Shown here in pieces: positions 11,194 through 21,864 of a DNA stretch of 64,000 bases. The first letter of the stretch is position 1. Each line of letters opens with the position of its first letter. The stretch covers positions 434,001 through 498,000 of the forward strand of contig JBHGNT010000013.1 of assembly GCA_043228905.1 (NCBI GenBank). Reading direction: 5' to 3'. Source of the stretch: Azolla caroliniana. Taxonomy: Eukaryota; Plantae; Polypodiophyta. The notes below the pieces were generated by a model that saw nothing but the letters and a program-made list of their open reading frames with translations, did no database searches and was not told where the DNA came from. A program made the translations under genes and the position numbers.

Positions 11194-11281
11194 GCTATTG
11201 TTAATTTCTTCATGATCTATCTTTAGCTTGGGGGGATGAATTCCAAGACTTTTGAGGGGTTAATTCATGAGACTTTAATTT

Positions 11282-11529
11282 GTGGAGCTCCTTGAAGACG
11301 GATAGCACCTAATCCTTTGTCTTCAACGGTGAGACCCACAGCTTCCGGCTGTGGTCGTCTATGAACATCACGAAATACTGTGATCCGGCATATGACTTCG
11401 TGTCCACTTGACACACATCAGTATGCACAAGCTCCAATGGTGCATTCCGTCTCATCAGTGGTCTTGACCGGAAGGAGGTGCGGTTTTGCTTGTCGGCCAA
11501 GCAGTCGGTGCACTTCTCAAGTTGCACGT
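11282..11529 (-). pseudogene. pol: Copia H integrase N-terminal fragment
   Basis: CTDCLADKQNR...LELVHTDVC...FIDDHSRKLWV. Confidence 0.88.
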
Positions 11530-11963
11530 TGTTAACTCTTCGGGGCGGACAATGGCCTAACACAGGGTGTCTACGGGAGACACTTCACCAAAGGGTGTTA
11601 CGGCAACCAGATTAGACTTCAACGCTTAATCCGACTTAATTAAGTTACTTATTAGGATCGTCTTTCATAACACGCGTAAGATATAACAATTAAGACAGAA
11701 CGGCAATTAACACAGAGAGATAACAACGCTTAAGCTTTTATTAATTAACCGCTAACTATTACATTGTATGCGGGCCTTTAAATAGGTTTCCGGTCTATAT
11801 TACAAAACGGTGCCATCCGCACCTGTTCGGGATCGGTCCGGATCCGGAACGGCATACCGTTTCCGGTCCGTCCGTCCACACTCATAGCTTAATTACAACC
11901 ACATTCCTACTACTTAATTAGCTCTCCGTTTCCCACTCTGGACTCCTTTGCCGGCCGGTAACA
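11530..11963 (-). repeat. 3' LTR of B
   Basis: Direct repeat of 26242-26675. Confidence 0.96.
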
Positions 11964-11965
11964 CA

Positions 11966-12008
11966 TGGCACGCCCGTGGGACAGTACCTTGTACGTCGAA
12001 TCCACAAC
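11966..12008 (-). other. tRNA-Arg-3'-half-like motif ending in CCA, at the PPT position of B
   Basis: Element sense strand reads GTTGTGGATTCGACGTACAAGGTACTGTCCCACGGGCGTGCCA, then TG, then the LTR. Confidence 0.72.
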
Positions 12009-12017
12009 CGACCCTTG

Positions 12018-14968
12018 CTATTCTTCGTCCAAAATGTCCAGAATGCTTTGTTCGAGAGGCTCCAATGGTTCATCTAGAAGTGGTTGTTGTTGTTGTTGCT
12101 CTGTTGCTGTCTGCTGCGGCGGGTCCGTTGGTGGTTGTTGCGGCTGCTCCTCCGTTTGTGGCTCTGACACCGGCGTCTCCGTCGTTGCTCCCTGCGTCGT
12201 AATGGTCTCTGGTTGACTGGTTCCTGGCTGGCCCTCAGCCGGCGACGGTTCCTCATCACTAAGGTTAACCGTTGTCGCTTCCCGTACTTTTTCTTCCCGC
12301 ACCCGGGACCGCTCGTAGCTTTCAAACTGGATTTGAGCATCCAGCCTATCATCGTCCAGTTGAGCTACGAGCTGCCTGACCTGCGCCAGCTGTTCATCTA
12401 CCAGGACTTGGAAGTCGTCGGCCAGTTCGTCCCGTATGGCGGTGAAGTCCTCGGAAGTCAACGTATAATAGTCATCTCCTTCCTTCCGCCGGTTTGCCAC
12501 ATCCGCCCGTAGCAACTGGAGTTCCGTCGCGTTTTGTGCCCACTTTGTCCACCATTTTACGGAGCTTTCATCAATCAAGTGTTTCGTCTGATTCAGCCAT
12601 GCCCGGAGGATGGACTGAATCCGGCTCGTTCCCAATTGCGATTTGGTTTCCGCCGCTTGCCGTTCCTCCTTCAGTTGTTTGATGATTTTGACGTTGTCCT
12701 TCGCCTACGCCTTGTAATGCGTCAATTGCCTTTGATATGTGCTTTGTAATTTCTGCAATACTGTTGGCGCTCTCTCTTTGTCTTCCTGCTGCTGCCTCTG
12801 GAGCTCCATCCGGACCTTCTCCGCCTCTTCCAAGCGTCTTGTATTTTCCGCCCGTTCGTCGGCGATCGCCGTCGCGGCCCGATCAACTGCCTGCTGGAGC
12901 TCGGCCATCCGTTCTTTATGCTCCGTTTCCAACCGTTTGTAGTCCCGGTGTAGGTGCTCAAAATCATCCGTCTTTTGCTTGAGCCGTGCGTTGATCTGAC
13001 GACGGGCCCGGTCCTCGCGGTCCTTCTGTTGGCGGAGCTCTTCCTTTAGCCGTTCAATCTCTGTTTCCGCCGTTTTCTGCAGCTTGTCCTTTTCCTGCAG
13101 CACTTTGTCTTTCTCCTCCTTTAGCCGGTCGTACGCTTGATGGCCTTTCTAGAGGCTCTCCTCTGCCCGGCGGAGGTTCTCAGCAGTCTTTTTTAATTCG
13201 GCTTCGGCCGCTGTCTTCAATTCTCGTTCACGGCTCCTTAGCGCTTCTTGTGCGGCAAGTTCCTCTCTCAATTCCGCAAGTTCCTGAGCTTGCGCCGCAT
13301 CTCTCGCCAGAACGGTTTCCGTTGCCAGGGTCTTATTGCTATGTACAGGTCGTTCCGTTTCTTTATTCTGTACAGTTACCAAAGTCACCGGTGATTGGAT
13401 CCGTATTTTGGCCATCTCTGTCGTGACCTGATCCAAGTCTTTTTCAAGGCACCGGATTCTGGACCGGGCCGTCTCTAGTTGTTCGGTTGTGACGAGCAAC
13501 CGTTCGCTTTGCGCTCTTTCTTCCGCCTCTATACACCCCACTGCTCCGGCTATCTGTTCGCCTTTCCACCGGAGCCACAGGCTACCAGTGCCTTGTTGTG
13601 CTTGCACGGAGGTTTGATAGATGGGCTCACTTGTAGAGGGGTGGTCGCGCCGAGTTGCAGTTCCGTTTCTGCCCGTGGACCATCGTGTTGTCCTGGTTCC
13701 CCTTGCGCTTCTTCCTGGCTGACCGAGGGAGGCTGCAGTGACCTTTCCGGCTCTGGCGGGATGGGACTTGTCAGTGTTGCCAGTGGTGCCGGGGCTTCTG
13801 TTTCCGGTGCCATCTGCATCGGTTCCGGTTCCTTCCTTGGCGTAGGAGTCTCAGTATGGGGAGCCGGTGTTCCCTCTATCTAAGGGTCCGAACATTTCCC
13901 GGCTGCCTCAACGGTCCTTGCCGACGACCGTCGCTGGAGGTGCTCCGTAGGCTCCTCCTCTATTTCCTCCTCCTGAGCTCCGGCATTGAGTTTTTCCGCC
14001 AAGGGGTCCGCTTCTCGATTCCCCGGTCGGCGGAGTGTGACCTTTACAGGCCGTGCCGGTGGTTCCTCCTGCGCCACCGTTGGGCGCTTCCGGCTGCCGC
14101 TTCCTACTACCGCTTGTTCTGCATCCGGCGCCTTTCCCTTAGTGGCCTTCGAGGCCAACAACTGTTGCCGTTTGGAAGCCGTCCTTGGTGTGCCGTCCGG
14201 CACTCTTCCTCGCTTCTTGGGGTGGACAGTCTGAACAGGTGGCACCAGCAAGGTAAGCCACTGCATTACGGCGTGCCATATCCTTCGTCCGTCTCGGCCT
14301 TCTTTGCCGTCTTTGCCTCTGACGATCTCGATCGCCACACACAACCCATCTGCAATCAATACCGGCCAATCCACCTTGATCCCTTCATAGGTGGCGATGA
14401 CAGGGGTTCTAGGGTACACGTGGCCGTATTCATGGAGCACACAAGCAATTTCGCGAAACAACATATCTCCGCCGCCCTGTGTCCGGTAGCCCTTGCTGGC
14501 TAGAGAGTACTCACCAAAATACCTGATGAGTTGCTCCGGGGTTGGATTGTCGATCGTGAGTATGCCTCCCTTCAGAAGGCCTGTTAACGCTCGAATCGCC
14601 TCTGCCGTTATGACCTCTGTATCGATTTCCTTGATCACTTTGTCGGCTTCTTTGTGTGGCGGTACTTCCATCATCATCAAGAAGCCCTCGAGCCCGTGTT
14701 GCTTCAGCCATGTCTTGGCGGCTTCCGACAGCGTTTGCGGGTCCATCTCTGTGTCGGGGTCGGATTGCGGTGGCGAGGATGGATGGTGATGAGAGTGGGG
14801 TTGAGAAAGAGAGAGTTCAGAAGGCGGGGGTTCTCTGTGCGCAGGTTCTCGTCTGATGATCTTGCAGCGTTTCGGTGCTTCTGTGCTCCTGGGTTCGCGA
14901 AAGTAGAGGGTCTCTACGCGGAATGGTTTTTGTCTGTGCATTCTGGCGCCTTTTTCAAGTTTGTGCAT
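12018..14968 (-). pseudogene. Disrupted extra 3' ORF of B, homologue of 5549-8176
   Basis: Pieces 14968-13880, 13819-13550, 13607-13149, 13103-12705 and 12635-12018 follow the same domain order; both ORFs start MHKL. Confidence 0.85.
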
Positions 14969-15134
14969 GTCGCGTACTTAAAATAGCATTATGTCCTGTG
15001 GTGGCGCTTTAAATGCCCACTACGTACCTTTTCGCTCCACGCTCTTTCATCCATTCATTCCTCGCTTTTGCATGATTGTTTATTATTATTATTATTATTA
15101 TTATTATTTAGTTATTATTATTATTAGTGTGACG

Positions 15135-16571
15135 TCACTTGTCCGTTGGTCCTCCTGGACCCTTACCGGCCTCATTCTCTCCGGTTCCCGGCTTGCCGTC
15201 TCTGCCATCTTGGTGGTTGCCGTTGGTCCTTTGCTCAAACGGGTTCTTAGGCATCGGTCCTCTATATGCCTTTAACCGGAATCCGTTGACTCATTTGCCT
15301 AGCACTTCGCCGGGAAGTGTCCCTAACTGGTAGGACCCATTATACTCCCGTGTTAGCCAATACGGTCCGGTCCATCTAAACCTTAGTTTACCCGGCATCT
15401 TGCCCATCTGGGTTTGGAATACTAACACCGGTTTGCCGATTGCGAACATTTTTTCGTTACCTTTCCTGTGTCAGTCGACGAATGCTTTCCGTCGCCGTTG
15501 CTCCAATTCTAAATGTAGCATGCTGGCCAGTCGTTGTTCCTCCAGCTCACACACCGCTGTCAACCTTATTGCCTCCGACTCCTTCTCGTTCAGCCGTTCT
15601 CGTAGCTGGATCCGTAAGCTAGGTACTTGAAATTCTACCAGCATGACCGCCTCGAGTCCGAATGCCAACCGGAACGGTGTGGTTCGGATGCTCGTTTTGT
15701 ATGCCGTCCGGTATGCCCAAAGCGCGCTATGTAGCTTTGTGTCCCAATCCGTCCGGTTCTCGTTGACAATCTTCCGAAGGATATTCTGGAGCGTCTTGTT
15801 TGTTGATTCCGCTAATCCGTTCGCCTGTGGATAGTAAGGTGTGCTTCGTTTGTGGACCACGGCATAGAAGGTCGTTAGGCTTTCCACTACTTGTCCGAGA
15901 AAGTGCCCCCCTTGGTCACTTATCAATTCAATGGGGCATCCGTAACGGCACCAGATGTACTCATATAGAAACTTTGTCGTTAACGCAGCGGTGTTATCCC
16001 GTAAAGCTTTGGCCTCCACCCATTTCGTGTAGTAATCCGTAGCAACAATAACGTACTGATTACCCGTTCTCATTGTCGGTGGCTTGAACGGTCCTACAAA
16101 ATCCAGCCCCCACTTTTGGAATGGCTCGAGTGGTAGTACCGGCTGGTGTGGCATACGAGCCTGCTCCGTTGGCTGGCCCATTCTCTGGCATAGGTCACAT
16201 TCTTTTGCGTACCGTACCGCATCTCTTAATGTCGTTGGCCACCATAGGCCACTTTGCCATATTTTTCTGGCCGTCGCATCTCCGGCATAGTGACCTCCGG
16301 CAACTCCGTAGTGGGCTTCTCTCAGTATCAGTTCCTTTTCATCGTTGCGCACCGCCCGTCTCCATATGCCGTCCGCGCCCTTGTGGTATAGTGTGTCTTG
16401 CAGTAACCAGAAATGTCGGCTTTGCACCGCCAGGCGTTTCCGTTTGTCCCGGTTCAGCTCTTCCGGAGGCAGTCCTGTGCTCAAAAACTGGTGCATAATT
16501 GTGAGCCACTTGTCTTCCTGGGCCACTGTCTCATCTGCTGCCGTCTCCGTAGTGACTCGAAACAGCTCCGC
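15135..16571 (-). pseudogene. pol: Integrase portion of B pol, downstream of the C insertion
   Basis: GHYAG...CDLCQ, KWGLDFVGPF, SDQGGHF, PQANGLAE; internal stop at 15471. Confidence 0.92.
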
Positions 16572-16924
16572 TGTCACGGATCATAAACTCAAGAGACAAC
16601 GAAGAAGATAACCAAATGGACAAGAAAGAAGATAGTACTAAAGGAAAGACTTCATAACTGGTGTTGTTCACCTTGAATTCCTTCAAGGTGAACTCCTCTA
16701 TTTATACTACATGGCATGCATACTTGTTGCACGCATGTGAATCTACAATAGAGCATGTAGGTATGCATGCATGTGCCAAGTGTAAATACTACAAGGGAGC
16801 AACTATGCACATGATGCTAGCAAAATAATAAGGACCAATTACATACATAACTAGTACTAGATATCTTGGTTAACTCATAATAGTAGATTATAACATGGTC
16901 GTGTCAAGAGTTCGAATCTTGACA
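16572..16924 (-). repeat. 3' LTR of C
   Basis: Direct repeat of 21512-21864. Confidence 0.97.
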
Positions 16925-19900
16925 TTATCCCCCTTCTTACGCCGCCGCCTTCCCAAATCGACCGCTGGTTTGTGGGGATATCGGTGATGAAAATCTTGGA
17001 CGACCTCTGGGGCATTTTGTAAATTTGTCGATGGTTCCCATGTGGCCTCAAACATGGGGTAACCCCTCCATAGGACGAGGTATTGCAAGTGTCGACGGTG
17101 CCAACGCGTGTCAAGGATTTGGTCGACCTCGTATTCCTCCCCTGTCGTCAATTGCACAAGTGGTGGTGGTGGGGCTTGACGTCCTGGGAGTTGTGAAGCA
17201 TAATGGGGTTCGAGGAGGGAGACATGAAAAACATCGTGAATCCGGAAGTGGGATGGAAGGGCGAGCCGGAAGGCGACGGGATTGATGCACTCGATGATAC
17301 GGAATGGTCCCAACTTCTTGTAATCAAGTTTCGCACATGGACGAGTAGTAGAGATGTGTCGACGTAACAACCAGACCATGTCTCCAACGACAAAGTGTGG
17401 AGTGGAAGATCGATGGCGATCAGCCTGCTTCTTGTATCGTTCATTAGCAAGGCTAAGCTCCAAGGATAAATCATGATGTACTTCTTCCAAAATGCGGGCA
17501 CGATCCTCCGCTGAAGGGTTCACAGAAGTGGTAGGACGGGAAATGTTGAAGCGAGGATGTAAACCGTAGTTGGCAAAGAAGGGAGTGACGCCAGTCGATG
17601 CATGGAGAGAATTATTGTAGGCGAATTCTGCGAGCGAAAGTAAGTTGACCCAATCATCTTGTTGGTAACTAACCGAGCACCGAAGATACTGCTCAAGGAT
17701 TTGGTTGAGACGCTCCGTTTGCCCGTCAGTTTGGGGGTGATAAGCGGAGGACAACTTGACAGAGATGCCTAAAGTTTGTAGCAGGCGCTGCCAGAAGTGA
17801 GAGACAAACTGGGGTCCCCGATCCGAGATGACATCATCGGGGAGTCCATGCAAGCGTACTACATTGTTGAGTAGGAGATGCACCATTCCTTCTCCGGAAA
17901 TGGTTTTGGAGCATGGAGTGAAGTGAGCCATCTTCGTAAACCGATCGACAACGACCAACACCGAGTCATAGCTATTGACCAAGGGTAGATCAGTTATCAG
18001 GTCCATAGAGATAGAGGCCCAAGGACGACGAGGACATGGAAGCGGCTGTAGTAAGCCGTATGGCCGATGATGAATGGCTTTGGAGCGAGCACAAACCTCA
18101 CAACTCTTTATGTATTCTTTGACCAGCTTCCATGGTTGTGGCCACCAATACCCCCGAGAGATTAGCTCGAGGGTTTTCGCGACCCCAAAATGACCTGCAA
18201 GTGGGTCATCGTGGCATTCCCGCAACACCCGGGTGCGACATGGGCCCTCAGGGACGTATAAGAGATGATCTCGGAACAACAAACCCTCTTGTATGGTGAA
18301 GGTGTCAAGATCCTTCCTTTTGGTCGCCTTGGAGGGGTTTTGCAGACTATCTCGAATCTCGTTGGCGAACGCATCGGTCTTGGATGCATCAATGATTTGT
18401 TGGAGTAAAGAATCATCCTGCAACATACAAGTGGCAAACAGATGCAATTGGTCGGGTTTCAACAAACGTCTAGATTGTTGAGCATAAGCAGCATCCCCAA
18501 GGAGGAGTGCAAGGTCAGCTCGGCGAGAAAGGGCATCAGCCTTCCCATGTTGGCCACCAGGTCGAAATACAATCTCAAAATCGTAGTCGGCGAGAAATGT
18601 AGACCAACGAGCCTGCCTTCGATTCAAAGTACGAGTGGTGGAAAAATAAACTAAATTTTTATGATCAGTCACTACCTGGACACGATGTTGTGCGCCGGCC
18701 AAGTAGGGTCGCCATTCTTCAAAGGCAGCAATGATAGCAGCAAGCTCCTTGTCGTAAATGGGATAATTGATTTCGGATGCCGTAAATTTTCAGGAATAGT
18801 AAGCCACTGGGTGCATTAGGTTGTTGTCGTCTGCTTGGGATAAGATGGCGCCAATGGCAAAGTCAGAGGCATCGGTTTCGACTTGGAAGGGTTTTGTGGG
18901 GTCGGCATGTAGCAGCACCGGGGCAGTGATGAATGCATGTTTGAGTGAGTCAAACGCATTTTGTGCCTCCGAGGTCCATAAAAATGGAGTGCCTTTATGG
19001 GTGAGAGTGATAAGAGGTTGTGCTAGAGTGGAAAACCCCTTGATGAAGCGACGGTAAAAATTCGCGAAGCCGAGGAAGGATTGCACATCTTTAAGTCGCC
19101 TTGGAGTAGCCCACGCCTGAATGACAGAGACCTTCTTCATATCCATGGTGATGCCAGTGGGTGAGATGATGTAGCCCAGAAATTTGATCGAGGTATGGTC
19201 GAACTCGCATTTCTCGCCTTTGGCATAAAGGCCATGCTTGCGAAGTTTGGCCAGAACTAATCGGACTTGGCGAGTGTGCTCCTCCATGTTTGGCGAGAAA
19301 ATGAGAATATCATCGAGGTAAATGACAACAAAAAGATCAAGATATTCCCGGAAAATATCGTTCATCATATGTTGAAAAACTGCGGGAGCGTTAGTAAGAC
19401 CAAAAGGCATTACCTTGTATTCGAAATGCCCATACCGTGTTCGAAATGCGGTTTTCCATTCATCCCCCGGCTTGATGCGTACTAGATTGTACGCGCCACG
19501 CAGATCAACTTTGGAGAAGACACGCGCAACTCGGAGCCGATCAAGGAGTTCGGGGATCAGAGGTAGCGGATAGTGGTTGCGCACAGTGAGTTTGTTGAGA
19601 CCTCGGTAGTCGACGCATAAGCGTAGAGAGCCGTCCTTCTTCTTCACAAATAAAATGGGGGCCCCGGCTGGTGACTTAGAAGGTTGAATAAAGCCTTTCT
19701 CGAGGTTCTCATCAAGATTCACACGAAGGGCCTTCAACTCTGGTGCAGACAACGCATATAGAGGACCAAAGGGTGGACATGCACCTTCTTGAAGATCAAT
19801 CGGACAGTCGTAGAGCCGGTGTTCACGCAACCGATCAACATTACATTTTTCAAATACGTCGGAGAAGTGTTGGTATTTTTCGGGAATAACATGGAGTGTG

Positions 19901-20439
19901 TTAGAAATGGCGCCACAAACAAACCCATCCTGGACGGATGATGGGGTAGTCAATTCGGAGTCGACCGTCTCCGAAGGATAGGAAACTGAATTTACCTTCA
20001 TACTTTTGCACGAGCATCTTGGCTTGCTAAATGTGATCGAGCGGTTGCACCAATCCACTATTGGATTGTGCGCCTCCAACCACGTTAGTCCTAAGACGAT
20101 CGGATGTCGAGGAGATGCGATGAGGTAAAAGGTGAGCTCCTCTTGGTGTGAGCCCACCCGAAGCCCTAATGGGATTGTAGCTTGAGTAATTGCACCTGAC
20201 GAGAGGACGCACCCGTCGATGGCTTCAACTGGAATGGGTTTTGAGAGGCCAACGATAGGTACGCCATGTGCTTGGGCAAACGCGACGTCGATGAAGCAAG
20301 AAGATGCCCCAGAATCAAGTAAAGCAACAGACTGAATGAAACTAGAGTTAAACGAAAGCCATACCTCCAATGTGAAATTGCCCGATGGTCCGGCAATGGA
20401 ACCAAGAGAATGTGGGCGACGGGAGATGTCCAGTTGCAT
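16888..20439 (-). pseudogene. pol: Pol of C (PR-RT-RH-INT-chromodomain) with one in-frame stop at 18790
   Basis: LLDSGAS, DLRGAYNL, YLDD, ETDASDFAIG, SISMDLIT, SDRG, YEVDQILD...YLVLWRGYP...ATWEP. Confidence 0.93.
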
Positions 20440-20444
20440 GGCTC

Positions 20445-21461
20445 CTACTGCAACCGAACGATGTCGTTTTCCAGATGTTGGGGTCCAGTAGCTCTATGGA
20501 ATTGTGGGCGAGTACTCCTAGGACAATGGCGAACGACATGACCGGAGGCGCCACAATACATGCACAAGCCATTAGCCCGCCGAAATTGCCGTTCAGCATC
20601 AGTCAATGGCCGAAATCGGGCTTGATCAATTTCCATGGGGACAGGAGCATCTGCCGAAGTAGGCGAGTGTGAGGATGCTTGGGGTTGTATGACCGGGGCG
20701 TGGCGTGGAAGTGAATGAGGTGGAACCCAAGTCCGGCGCTCTTCTTGGCGAAATTCGAAAAGACGATTGTCACAATGGACTGCTTGTGAAATCGCTTGGG
20801 ATAACGAGGTGGGCTCCGGAAAGTTTAAGAGAAGATTCTTGACATTGCTTCGAAGACCGCGCCGAAAGTGATCAGCTAAAGCTTGATCATCCCAATTGAC
20901 GTCGCATGCTAGTTGTCGAAATTCGGAAGCATAGACCGAAGCTGCACGTGAACCTTGTTCGAGTGCATAAATCTTGTTAAGAGTTGTACGTCGTCGGTCC
21001 GTCTCTCCAAATGTGGCCTCTAACTCGGCGAGGAAGGCGGGAAAGTCCTCCAATAAAGGTGATGAGGTTTCTACCAATGGTGCAAACCAAGCTTGGGCCG
21101 GACCGGAGAGAAGGGTGCCCACAAGGCCGACTTGTCGAAGACCATCTCCATAACGTTGAGGTTGTAGCCGAATGATAAGTCGAACTTGGTTGATGAACCC
21201 TCGGAAACGCGACCTCGTTCCATCAAATTTTTCTGGGAGGCTAACCTTAGGCTCAAGAAACTGTGACGAAGCTAGGCTAGATGTTGGTAGAAGATCGGGC
21301 TCTAGGCTAGGTTGTTGTGGGAGACTAGGGTTCGGGGGTTGTGAGGATAGGGAGGTACCGACTTGAAGTTCTTGTAAAGAATTTCGAAGAGCTTCATTTT
21401 CAAGCTGTAGTTGTCGTAAGGCTACCATTATTTGGCCTAACTCACTAGTTGAGTTGGACAT
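20445..21461 (-). CDS. gag: Gag of C (PEG10/sushi-like)
   Basis: EPKVSLPEKFDG, PVPMEID, CMYCGASGHVVRHC. Confidence 0.93.
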   Translation of the reverse strand: MSNSTSELGQIMVALRQLQLENEALRNSLQELQVGTSLSSQPPNPSLPQQPSLEPDLLPTSSLASSQFLEPKVSLPEKFDGTRSRFRGFINQVRLIIRLQPQRYGDGLRQVGLVGTLLSGPAQAWFAPLVETSSPLLEDFPAFLAELEATFGETDRRRTTLNKIYALEQGSRAASVYASEFRQLACDVNWDDQALADHFRRGLRSNVKNLLLNFPEPTSLSQAISQAVHCDNRLFEFRQEERRTWVPPHSLPRHAPVIQPQASSHSPTSADAPVPMEIDQARFRPLTDAERQFRRANGLCMYCGASGHVVRHCPRSTRPQFHRATGPQHLENDIVRLQ

Positions 21462-21498
21462 AGCTATGGCTTATGAGAGGGAGAGCTATGAGGATGGG

Positions 21499-21509
21499 AA
21501 GGTGAACAA
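21499..21509 (-). promoter_or_regulatory. Self-priming PBS of C (TTGTTCACCTT)
   Basis: Exact complement of LTR 21604-21614, which lies 24 nt downstream of TATAAATA (21639-21646). Confidence 0.85.
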
Positions 21510-21511
21510 AT

Positions 21512-21864
21512 TGTCACGGATCATAAACTCAAGAGACAACGAAGAAGATAACCAAATGGACAAGAAAGAAGATAGTACTAAAGGAAAGACTCCATAACTG
21601 GTGTTGTTCACCTTGAATTCCTTCAAGGTGAACTCCTCTATTTATACTACATGGCATGCATACTTGTTGCACGCATGTGAATCTACAATAGAGCATGTAG
21701 GTATGCATGCATGTGCCAAGTGTAAATACTACAAGGGAGCAACTATGCACATGATGCTAGCAAAATAATAAGGACCAATTACATACATAACTAGTACTAG
21801 ATATCTTGGTTAACTCATAATAGTAGATTATAACATGGTCGTGTCAAGAGTTCGAATCTTGACA
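21512..21864 (-). repeat. 5' LTR of C
   Basis: Direct repeat of 16572-16924. Confidence 0.97.

Larger units (their letters stand above)
16572..21864 (-). mobile_element. Element C: full-length chromovirus (Tcn1-like Ty3/gypsy), the youngest insertion in the window
   Basis: 353-bp LTRs with 1 mismatch seen, TSD TCCGC at 16567-16571 and 21865-21869, PPT AAGAAGGGGGATAA (16925-16938), C-terminal chromodomain. Confidence 0.97.
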
